Shown here: positions 1 to 12,600 of the stretch, piece by piece
Position numbering within the stretch: the first letter of the stretch is position 1
Layout: each line of letters starts with the position of its first letter
Origin: Eledone cirrhosa
Lineage: Eukaryota
NCBI GenBank assembly: GCA_964016885.1
Contig: CAXHJY010000928.1
Location: 1 to 64,000 of the forward strand
Reading direction: 5' to 3'
Length of the DNA stretch: 64,000 bases
Position numbers and translations under genes: made by a program
Notes under the pieces: model-generated
What the model saw: only the letters and a program-made list of their open reading frames with translations
The model's database searches: none
Told to the model about the DNA's origin: nothing

Positions 1-243
1 AATCAGCACTATCCACAAGTGTTTTTTAGCCTTCATATCATGTTCTCCTGTTTTATCTGATGAAAACACTAATATTATTGCATGATGATGTTTGTTTTTG
101 AAATGCGCATAATAAAATACATGGAACTCCTTTAACCATCTTTTGATCTTATATATTATGTATACTCCAGTCCTACAAACTGTAGAGTGCTTCTTATCCG
201 ATATCTGCATTGCTTTATTGTACTACAATAAAACTCACCTCCT
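1..243 (+). mobile_element. Probable Penelope-like element pLTR remnant carrying HHR1
   Basis: Unique AT-rich segment containing a minimal type I hammerhead followed by TACTCCA...GAGTGCTT (163-192), a motif shared with the 1222-1496 segment. It ends at a (TA)n tract. No RT or GIY-YIG coding sequence is visible, so the assignment rests on ribozyme architecture. Confidence 0.5.
51..117 (+). ncRNA. Minimal type I hammerhead ribozyme motif (HHR1), Penelope-like element/retrozyme type
   Basis: Stem I TTTTAT 51-56 pairs with ATAAAA 112-117. Core CTGATGA is at 57-63. Long stem II is 64-79/84-99, with G-U pairs and mismatches at positions 4 and 7. GAAA is at 100-103. Stem III ATGCGCAT (103-110) is a perfect palindrome. 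The cleavage triplet AUA ends at 111. Confidence 0.85.
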
Positions 244-454
244 ACATATATGTATATATATATATGTAGATATATATATATATGTAGATATATATATATG
301 TAGATATATATATATATGTGTAGATATATATGTGTGTATATATATATATGTGTATATATATATATGTGTATATATATATATGTGTATATATATATGTGTG
401 TGTGTGTGTGTGAATATTTATATATATATATATATATATGTGTGTGTGAATATT

Positions 455-488
<34 letters not shown>

Positions 489-515
489 AATATATATATA
501 TATGTGTGTGTGTGA

Positions 516-546
<31 letters not shown>

Positions 547-1221
547 AATATATATATATATATGTGTGTGTAAATATATATGTGTGTGTGAATATATATA
601 TATGTGTGTGTGTGAATATATATGTGTGTGTGAATATATATATATATATGTGTGTGTGAATATATATGTGTGTGTGAATATATATATATATATTGTGTGT
701 GTGAATATATATATATATATGTGTGTGTGAATATATATATATTGTGTGTGTGAATATATATATATTGTGTGTGTGAATATATATATATTGTGTGTGTGAA
801 TATATATATATTGTGTGTGTGAATATATATATATTGTGTGTGTGAATATATATATATTGTGTGTGTGAATATATATATATTGTGTGTGTGAATATATATA
901 TATTGTGTGTGTGAATATATATATATTGTGTGTGTGAATATATATATATTGTGTGTGTGAATATATATATATATATTGTGTGTGTGAATATATATATATA
1001 TATTGTGTGTGTGAATATATATATATTGTGTGTGTGAATATATATATATATATTGTGTGTGAATATATATATATTGTGTGTGTGAATATATATATATTGT
1101 GTGTGTGAATATATATATTGAGTGTGTGAATATATATATATTGTGTGTGTGAATATATATATATATATTGTGTGTGTGAATATATATATATTGTGTGTGT
1201 GAATATATATATATATATATA
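244..1221. repeat. Compound (TA)n/(TG)n microsatellite grading into a ~23-bp minisatellite GAATATATATATATTGTGTGTGT
   Basis: Read directly. GTAGA(TA)n units at ~266-330 change to GTGAA(TA)n(TG)n, then to a regular 23-bp unit (e.g. GAA at 798 and 821) from ~690 to 1200. Confidence 0.95.
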
Positions 1222-1493
1222 CTTTTGGAGGCTGTCTGGAAAGTAATGGTTGTATTTTAAAAGGGTACGTCAAACCTATTTGTAAAACTGTTATATATTG
1301 TATTTTGTCTGATGAAGGCATACCATAATTTAATGTGGTATCCCTGAAATATGTATAATGAAATAAATATGGTTTTATAAATATAGTTTCCATTTATTAA
1401 TATCGTATATCTACTCCAAATATTTGTCGAGTGCTTTATATCAGTTATAAAAATATTTACTTGTTGTATCCCAACAATTTTAAATAGAACTTT

Positions 1494-1496
<3 letters not shown>
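1222..1496 (+). mobile_element. Probable Penelope-like element pLTR remnant carrying HHR2
   Basis: ~275-bp unique island bounded by (TA)n on both sides. It contains HHR2, an extended interrupted stem I (c. 1272-1308 with 1358-1390) and the downstream TACTCCA...GAGTGCTT motif (1412-1436). Confidence 0.55.
1301..1365 (+). ncRNA. Minimal type I hammerhead ribozyme motif (HHR2)
   Basis: Stem I TATTTTGT 1301-1308 pairs with ATGAAATA 1358-1365 (2 G-U). CTGATGA is at 1309-1315. Stem II is AGGCATACCATA 1316-1327 / TGTGGTATCCCT 1334-1345 with one C.C mismatch. GAAA is at 1346-1349. Stem III is ATATGTAT. The AUA triplet ends at 1357. Confidence 0.88.
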
Positions 1497-1554
<58 letters not shown>

Positions 1555-1564
1555 ATATATATAT
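1497..1564. repeat. (AT)n microsatellite with short (GT)n interruption
   Basis: Read directly. Confidence 0.97.
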
Positions 1565-2079
1565 TGAAGTGCATAACATACGTACTAAAGTTGCTATTAC
1601 CAATGCTGCACATTGTCTTTTCATGTTCACACACTCAATACTTTACTATATACACTCATTACTTTACATATGTGTGTGTTCTATAGTATTTATTTAGTCT
1701 GCAATTCTCTATAATTTAAAAATGCTTTTATTGCTCCAGCTTAGAATTGAGTAGGAGTTGAATTATATAAGTTAAAAACAAGAGAATAATAAATACACTG
1801 AACTAGTTTCTTGACAATTTGTGCTTGGTTCCTGATATTTAGGCAGTTGTGTCACTACTTCTGGTTGCCACCGTTGGTGAACACATATTTATATATACGC
1901 ACATATATACGTGTACACCTTAACATTTATGTACTTTAAATCCTCTTCGTCGTACACACAAACACACTTCTGCAGAAGCATGATATTAAGAGCTACTACA
2001 TTTATTCATGTAAACACCCGTATCTATATACAACAGACGTACGTACACACGTACACAATTCATACAAATACAGATACAC

Positions 2080-2210
<131 letters not shown>

Positions 2211-2311
2211 CGCGTGTGTGTTGAGTTAAAAACTCACAACATTCGCTTCTAATCGAATAAGTTCGAGGAAGAAATTCCGAGCTCTTTATAACATATATGT
2301 GTTCAAATCAA

Positions 2312-2350
<39 letters not shown>

Positions 2351-2360
2351 CTGATATATA

Positions 2361-2420
2361 TTTATCTGATGAGGACGTACTGAAAAAGCAGCTCAGTACC
2401 TCCGAAATATATATAATAAA
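2361..2420 (+). ncRNA. Minimal type I hammerhead ribozyme motif (HHR3)
   Basis: Stem I TTTAT 2361-2365 pairs with ATAAA 2416-2420. CTGATGA is at 2366-2372. Stem II is GGACGTACTGA 2373-2383 / TCAGTACCTCC 2393-2403 (canonical G-C first pair, one C.C mismatch). GAAA is at 2404-2407. Stem III ATATATAT is palindromic. The AUA triplet ends at 2415. It lies in a ~120-bp island between (TA)n tracts. Confidence 0.88.
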
Positions 2421-2465
2421 ACATATATTTTGATTATATGAACGTATTCATTTATTAATATTCTG

Positions 2466-2502
<37 letters not shown>

Positions 2503-2504
2503 CT

Positions 2505-2614
2505 GTGTTTAATATAGAAATGGCTTCTACAGGACAAGAACTGTAGATTTCCCGATGAATTCCCTCGAATAAAACAGTTCTAGTACTGTAGAAGCCATTT
2601 TTTATATTAAACAC
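2505..2614. repeat. ~40-bp imperfect inverted repeat with 29-bp spacer (inverted partial copy of a repeat family also present at 63548-63600)
   Basis: The left arm GTGTTTAATATAGAAATGGCTTCTACAGGACAAGAACTGT (2505-2544) is the reverse complement of 2574-2614 with about 4 differences. Confidence 0.9.
2548..2594 (+). ncRNA. Degenerate type I hammerhead motif (HHR4), probably inactive
   Basis: Stem I is TTTC/GAAG. The core is CCGATGA 2552-2558 (U4>C). Stem II is ATTC-cctc-GAAT. AAAA at 2571-2574 replaces GAAA. Stem III is ACAG-ttctagta-CTGT and the GUA triplet ends at 2590. The sibling copy at 63548-63600 (minus strand) retains GAAA at the same position. Confidence 0.6.
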
Positions 2615-3780
2615 TTTATATACTCTGCTATGTATTGAGTAACTTATTGTGGTTACCTCTTATTGAACCCGGGATATACACACACATATATATACGTGCG
2701 CATACATACAGGCATGTATGTATACACATTCATGTAACTACAGACTCACACGTATAGACACGCATACCTATAACTACTCGCGCTACATATATAGACACAC
2801 ATTCATATAACTACTCACACACACATATATAGACACACATACATATAACTACTCACACACACATATATAGACACACATTCATATAACTACTCACACACAC
2901 ATACATATATAGACACACATTCATATAACTACTCACACACACATATATAGACACACATACATATAACTACTCACACATACATATATATATAGACACACAT
3001 TCATATAACTACTCACACACACATACATATATAGACACACATTCATATAACTACTCACACACACATACATATATAGACACACATTCATATAACTACTCAC
3101 ACACACATATATATATAGACACACATTCATATAACTACTCACACACACATATATAGACACACATTCATATAACTACTCACACACACATACATATATAGAC
3201 ACACATTCATATAACTACTCACACACACATATATAGACACACATACATATAACTACTCACACATACATATATATATAGACACACATTCATATAACTACTC
3301 ACACACACACATACATATATAGACACACATTCATATAACTACTCACACACACATATAGACACACATACATATAACTACTCACACATACATATATATATAG
3401 ACACACATTCATATAACTACTCACACACACATACATATATAGACACACATTCATATAACTACTCACACACACATATATAGACACATACATATAACTACTC
3501 ACACACACATATATAGACACACATACATATAACTACTCACACACATACATATATAGACACACATACATATAACTACTCACACATACATATATATATAGAC
3601 ACACATACATATAACTACTCACACATACATATATATATAGACACACATTCATATAACTACTCACACACATACATATAGACACACATTCATATAACTACTC
3701 ACACACATACATATATAGACACACATACATATAACTACTCACACACACATACATATAACTACTCACACATACATATATAT

Positions 3781-4225
3781 ATGCCTACAAGATAAGAAAA
3801 CAGCACAGCTCCCATGACTTTCGCAGACATTTTTTCACGCTCAGAGTTGCTGAAACATGGAACAAACTGCCTGCGTCAATTGTTAGCTGCCGAGACACTG
3901 CATCCTTTAAGACACTCATGCTTCCCGAAATACGCCAAAACTACACCTGATGAGCCCCTTCCATACACATGCACACATGTGTGCACTGTTCATTTTACTG
4001 ATGTTTGTGCATTGCCCTATGTACTGTACATGCACTTTTTTGATGGGTTGTGGTGCACCTGGGCACTGTGCACAATATTTCATTATTGTTATTGTTATTA
4101 TATCATGACTCATACACTGTTTATTTTCCTGACATTTGTACATTATTCTATGTACTATACATGCACCTTTGATGAGTTGTAGTGCACCTGAGCACTGTAC
4201 ACAATAATTTCATTATTATTATTAT
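3781..4225 (+). mobile_element. 5'-truncated CR1-type LINE 3' end, copy A
   Basis: Frame 3783-3950 reads AYKIRKQHSSHDFRRHFFTLRVAETWNKLPASIVSCRDTASFKTLMLPEIRQNYT*. This matches the CR1/L2-group ORF2 C-terminal pattern (R..FF..RV...WN.LP...V......FK). The 3' UTR has a GTGC-N6-GCAC stem-loop and an (ATT)n tail. It is inserted in the (TA)n of a satellite monomer. Confidence 0.9.
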
Positions 4226-6169
4226 CGACACACATTCATATAACTACTCACACACACATATACATATATAGACACACATTCATATAACTACTCACACACA
4301 CATATATAGACACACATTCATATAACTACTCACACACATATATATAGACACACATACATATAACTACTCACACACATACATATATAGACACACATTCATA
4401 TAACTACTCACACACACATACATATAGACACACATTCATATAACTACTCACACACATATATATAGACACACATTCATATAACTACTCACACACATATACA
4501 TATATAGACACACATACATATAACTACCCACACACATACATATATAGACACACATTCATATAACTACTCACACACACATATATAGACACACATTCATATA
4601 ACTACTCACACACATACATATATAGACACACATTCATATAACTACTCACACATACATATATATATAGACACACATTCATATAACTACTCACACACACATA
4701 CATATATAGACATACATACATATAACTACTCACACACACACATACATATATAGACACACATTCATATAACTACTCACACACACATACATATATAGACACA
4801 CATTCATATAACTACTCACACATACATATATATATAGACACACATTCATATAACTACTCACACACACATATATAGACACACATTCATATAACTACTCACA
4901 CACACATACATATATAGACACACGTTCATATAACTACTCACACATACATATATATATAGACACACATTCATATAACTACTCACACACACACATATATATA
5001 TAGACACACATTCATATAACTACTCACACACACATACATATATAGACACACATTCATATAACTACTCACACACACATACATATATAGACACACATTCATA
5101 TAACTACTCACATACACATATATAGACACACATACATATAACTACTCACACACACATACATATATAGACACACATTCATATAACTACTCACACACACATA
5201 CATATATAGACACACATTCATATAACTACTCACACACACATATATAGACACACATACATATAACTACTCACACATACATATATATATAGACACACATTCA
5301 TATAACTACTCACACACACATACATATATAGACACACATTCATATAACTACTCACACACACATACATATATAGACACACATTCATATAACTACTCACACA
5401 CACACATATATATATATAGACACACATTCATATAACTACTCACACACACATACATATATAGACACACATTCATATAACTACTCACACACACATATATATA
5501 TAGACACAGATTCATATAACTACTCACACACACATACATATATAGACACACATTCATATAACTACTCACACACACATACATATATAGACACACATTCATA
5601 TAACTACTCACACACACATATATAGACACACATACATATAACTACTCACACATACATATATATATAGACACACATTCATATAACTACTCACACACACACA
5701 TACATATATAGACACACATTCATATAACTACTCACACACACATATAGACACACATACATATAACTACTCACACATACATATATATATAGACACACATTCA
5801 TATAACTACTCACACACACATACATATATAGACACACATTCATATAACTACTCACACACACATATATAGACACATACATATAACTACTCACACACACATA
5901 TATAGACACACATACATATAACTACTCACACACATACATATATAGACACACATACATATAACTACTCACACATACATATATATATAGACACACATACATA
6001 TAACTACTCACACATACACATATATATAGACACACATTCATATAACTACTCACACACATACATATAGACACACATTCATATAACTACTCACACACATACA
6101 TATATAGACACACATACATATAACTACTCACACACACATACATATAACTACTCACACATACATATATAT

Positions 6170-6614
6170 ATGCCTACAAGATAAGAAAACAGCACAGCTC
6201 CCATGACTTTCGCAGACATTTTTTCACGCTCAGAGTTGCTGAAACATGGAACAAACTGCCTGCGTCAATTGTTAGCTGCCGAGACACTGCATCCTTTAAG
6301 ACACTCATGCTTCCCGAAATACGCCAAAACTACACCTGATGAGCCCCTTCCATACACATGCACACATGTGTGCACTGTTCATTTTACTGATGTTTGTGCA
6401 TTGCCCTATGTACTGTACATGCACTTTTTTGATGGGTTGTGGTGCACCTGGGCACTGTGCACAATATTTCATTATTGTTATTGTTATTATATCATGACTC
6501 ATACACTGTTTATTTTCCTGACATTTGTACATTATTCTATGTACTATACATGCACCTTTGATGAGTTGTAGTGCACCTGAGCACTGTACACAATAATTTC
6601 ATTATTATTATTAT
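6170..6614 (+). mobile_element. 5'-truncated CR1-type LINE 3' end, copy B (duplicate of copy A)
   Basis: Same 5' truncation point, tail length and flanking monomers as 3781-4225, at offset 2389. The overlapping ORF-track translations (122 aa and 75 aa) are identical. Confidence 0.92.
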
Positions 6615-9600
6615 AGACACACATTCATATAACTACTCACACACACATATACATATATAGACACACATTCATATAACTACTCACACACACATATATAGAC
6701 ACACATTCATATAACTACTCACACACATACATATATAGACACACATACATATAACTACCCACACACACATATATAGACACACATTCATATAACTACTCAC
6801 ACACACATACATATATATATAGACACACATTCATATAACTACTCACACACACATACATATATATATAGACACACATTCATATAACTACTCACACACACAT
6901 ATATAGACACACGTTCATATAACTACTCACACATACATATATATATAGACACACATTCATATAACTACTCACACACACATATATATATAGACACATTCAT
7001 ATAACTACTCACACACACATATATAGACACACATTCATATAACTACTCACACACACATACATATATAGACACACATTCATATAACTACTCACACATACAT
7101 ATATAGACACACATTCATATAACTACTCACACACACATACATATATATATAGACACACATTCATATAACTACTCACACACACATATATAGACACACATAC
7201 ATATAACTACTCACACATACATATATAGACACACATTCATATAACTACTCACACACACATATATAGACACACATACATATAACTACTCACACACACATAC
7301 ATATATAGACACACATTCATATAACTACTCACACATACATATATATATAGACACACATTCATATAACTACTCACACACACATACATATATAGACACACAT
7401 TCATATAACTACTCACACATACATACATATATAGACACACATACATATAACTACTCACACACACATACATATATAGACACACATTCATATAACTACTCAC
7501 ACACATACATATATAGACACACATTCATATAACTACTCACACACACATATATAGACACACATACATATAACTACTCACACATACATACATATATAGACAC
7601 ACATTCATATAACTACTCACACACACATATATAGACACACATACATATAACTACTCACACATACATATATAGACACACATACATATAACTACTCACACAC
7701 ACATACATATATAGACACACATTCATATAACTACTCACACATACATATATAGACACACATTCATATAACTACTCACACACACATATATAGACACACATAC
7801 ATATAACTACTCACACACACATACATATATAGACACACATACATATAACTACTCACACATACATACATGTATAGACACACATACATATAACTACTCACAC
7901 ACACATATATATATAGACACACATTCATATAACTACTCACACACACATACATATATAGACACACATTCATATAACTACTCACACACACATACATATATAG
8001 ACACACATTCATATAACTACTCACACACACATATATAGACACACATTCATATAACTACTCACACACACACACATATATAGACACACATTCATATAACTAC
8101 TCACACATACATATATATATAGACACACATTCATATAACTACTCACAAACACATACATATATAGACACACATTCATATAACTACTCACACACACATATAT
8201 AGACACACATTCATATAACTACTCACACACACACACATATATAGACACACATTCATATAACTACTCACACACACACACATATATAGACACACATTCATAT
8301 AACTACTCACACATACATATATATATAGACACACATTCATATAACTACTCACACACACATACATATATAGACACACGTTCATATAACTACTCACACACAC
8401 ATATATAGACACACATTCATATAACTACTCACACACACATACATATATGGACACACATTCATATAACTACTCACACACACACACATATATAGACACACAT
8501 TCATATAACTACTCACACATACATACATATATAGACACACATTCATATAACTACTCACACACACATACATATATAGACACACATTCATATAACTACTCAC
8601 ACACACATATATAGACACACATTCATATAACTACTCACACACACATACATATATAGACACACATTCATATAACTACTCACACACACATATATAGACACAC
8701 ATTCATATAACTACTCACACACATACATATATAGACACACATACATATAACTACTCACACACACATACATATATAGACACACATTCATATAACTACTCAC
8801 ACACACATATATAGACACACATTCATATAACTACTCACACACACATACATATAGACACACATTCATATAACTACTCACACACACATACATATATAGACAC
8901 ACATTCATATAACTACTCACACACACATACATATATAGACACACATTCATATAACTACTCACACACACATATAGACACACATTCATATAACTACTCACAC
9001 ACACATACATATAGACACACATTCATATAACTACTCACACACACATACATATATAGACACACATTCATATAACTACTCACTCACACACACATATATAGAC
9101 ACACATTCATATAACTACTCACACACACATACATATATAGACACACATTCATATAACTACTCACACATACATACATATATAGACACACATTCATATAACT
9201 ACTCACACACACATACATATATAGACACACATACATATAACTACTCACACACACATACATATATAGACACACATTCATATAACTACTCACACACACACAC
9301 ATATATAGACACACATTCATATAACTACTCACAGATACATACATATATAGACACACATTCATATAACTACTCACACACACATACATATATAGACACACAT
9401 TCATATAACTACTCACACACACATATATAGACACACATTCATATAACTACTCACACACACATACATATATAGACACACATTCATATAACTACTCACACAC
9501 ACATATATATATAGACACACATACATATAACTACTCACACACACATACATATATAGACACACATTCATATAATTACTCACACACACATATATATATAGAC

Positions 9601-12600
9601 ACCCATTCATATAACTACTCACACACACATACATATATAGACACACATTCATATAACTACTCACACACACATACATATATAGACACACATACATATAACT
9701 ACTCACACACATACATATATAGACACACATTCATATAACTACTCACACACACATACATATATAGACACACATACACATAACTACTCACACACACATATAT
9801 ATATAGACACACATTCATATAACTACTCACACACACATACATATATAGACACACATTCATATAACTACTCACACACACATATATAGACACACATTCATAT
9901 AACTACTCACACACATACATATATAGACACACATACATATAACTACTCACACACACATACATATATAGACACACATTCATATAACTACTCACACACACAT
10001 ATATAGACACACATTCATATAACTACTCACACACACATACATATAGACACACATTCATATAACTACTCACACACACACACATATATAGACACACATTCAT
10101 ATAACTACTCACACATACATATATAGACACACATTCATATAACTACTCACACACACATACATATATAGACACACATTCATATAACTACTCACACACACAT
10201 ATATAGACACACATTCATATAACTACTCACACACACATACATATATAGACACACATTCATATAACTACTCACACATACATATATAGACACACATACATAT
10301 AACTACTCACACATACATATAGACACACATTCATATAACTACTCACACATACATATATAGACATACATTCATATAACTACTCACACACACATATATATAG
10401 ACACACATACATATAACTACTCACACACACATACATATATATAGACACACATTCATATAACTACTCACACACACATACATATATAGACACACATTCATAT
10501 AACTACTCACACACACATACATATATAGACACACATACATATAACTACTCACACACACATACATATATAGACACACATTCATATAACTACTCACACACAC
10601 ATACATATATAGACACACATTCATATAACTACTCACACACACATATATATATAGACACACATTCATATAACTACTCACACACACATACATATATAGACAC
10701 ACATTCATATAACTACTCACACACATACATATATAGACACACATTCATATAACTACTCACACATACATACATATATAGACACACATACATATAACTACTC
10801 ACACACACATATATAGACACACATACATATAACTACTCACACACACATATATAGACACACATTCATATAACTACTCACACACACATATATAGACACACAT
10901 TCATATAACTACTCACACACACATACATATATAGACACACATTCATATAACTACACACACACACATACATATATAGACACACATTCATATAACTACTCAC
11001 ACACACATATACATATAGACACACATTCATATAACTACTCACACACACATACATATATAGACATACATTCATATAACTACTCACACATACATATATAGAC
11101 ACACATTCATATAACTACTCACACATACATACATATATAGACACACATTCATATAACTACTCACACACACATACATATAGACAGACATTCATATAACTAC
11201 TCACACACACATACATATATAGACATACATATAACTACTCACACACACATACATATATAGACACACATTCATATAACTACTCACACACACATACATATAT
11301 AGACACACATTCATATAACTACTCACACACACATACATATATAGACACACATACATATAACTACCCACACATACATACATATATAGACACACATTCATAT
11401 AACTACTCACACACACATACATATATAGACACACATTCATATAACTACTCACACACATATATATATAGACACACATACATATAACTACTCACACATACAT
11501 ATAGACACACATTCATATAACTACTCACACACATACATATATAGACACACATACATATAACTACTCACACACACACACATATATAGACACACATACATAT
11601 AACTACTCACACACACACATATATAGTCACACATTCATATAACTACTCACACACATATATATATAGACACACATACATATAACTACTCACACACACATAC
11701 ATATATAGACACACATACATATAACTACTCACACACATATATATATATAGACACACATTCATATAACTACTCACACATACATATATATATATAGACACAC
11801 ATTCATATAACTACTCACACACACATATAGACACACATTCATATAACTACTCACACACACATACATATATAGACACACATTCATATAACTACTCACACAT
11901 ACATATATATATATAGACACACATTCATATAACTACCCACACATACATATATAGACACACATACATATAACTACTCACACATACATATAGACACACAATC
12001 ATATAACTACTCACACATACATATATAGACACACATTCATATAACTACTCACACATACATATAGACACACATTCATATAACTACTCACACACACATACAT
12101 ATATAGACACACATTCATATAACTACTCACACACACACACACATATATAGACACACATACATATAACTACTCACACACACACATATATAGACACACATTC
12201 ATATAACTACTCACACATACATATATAGACACACATTCATGTAACTACTCACACACACATACATATATAGACACACATTCATATAACTACTCACACACAC
12301 ATACATATATAGACACACATTCATATAACTACTCACACATACATATATAGACACACATTCATATAACTACTCACACACACATACATATATAGACATACAT
12401 ACATATAACTACTCACACATACATATATAGACACACATACATATAACTACTCACACACACATACATATATAGACACACATTCATATAACTACTCACACAT
12501 ACATATATAGACACACATTCATATAACTACTCACACACACATATATAGACACACATACATATAACTACTCACACACACATATATATATATAGACACACAT

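Noticed and set aside
143-1634. ORFs of 134, 383 and 125 aa rich in Y/I/H/T/C/V
   Set aside because: They are read through (TA)n/(TG)n repeats that lack stop codons in those frames. There is no recognisable domain.
2444-2468. TATTCA...TGAAT after HHR3 as a compensatory version of the TACTC...GAGT hairpin
   Set aside because: By spacing and the shared CATTTATTAATAT box, this segment aligns upstream of where that hairpin lies in the HHR2 island. The HHR3 island is truncated by (TA)n before it.
3920-3965. CCCGAAA...CTGATGAG inside CR1 copies A/B as a possible hammerhead
   Set aside because: No stem II or stem I pairing can be built. TGATGA here is the tandem stop of ORF2, and copy C lacks it.
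3814-4182. 122-aa (+) and 75-aa (-) ORFs, duplicated at 6203-6571 and 6305-6532
   Set aside because: These are off-frame and antisense readings of the CR1 fragment. The homologous frame is 3783-3950.
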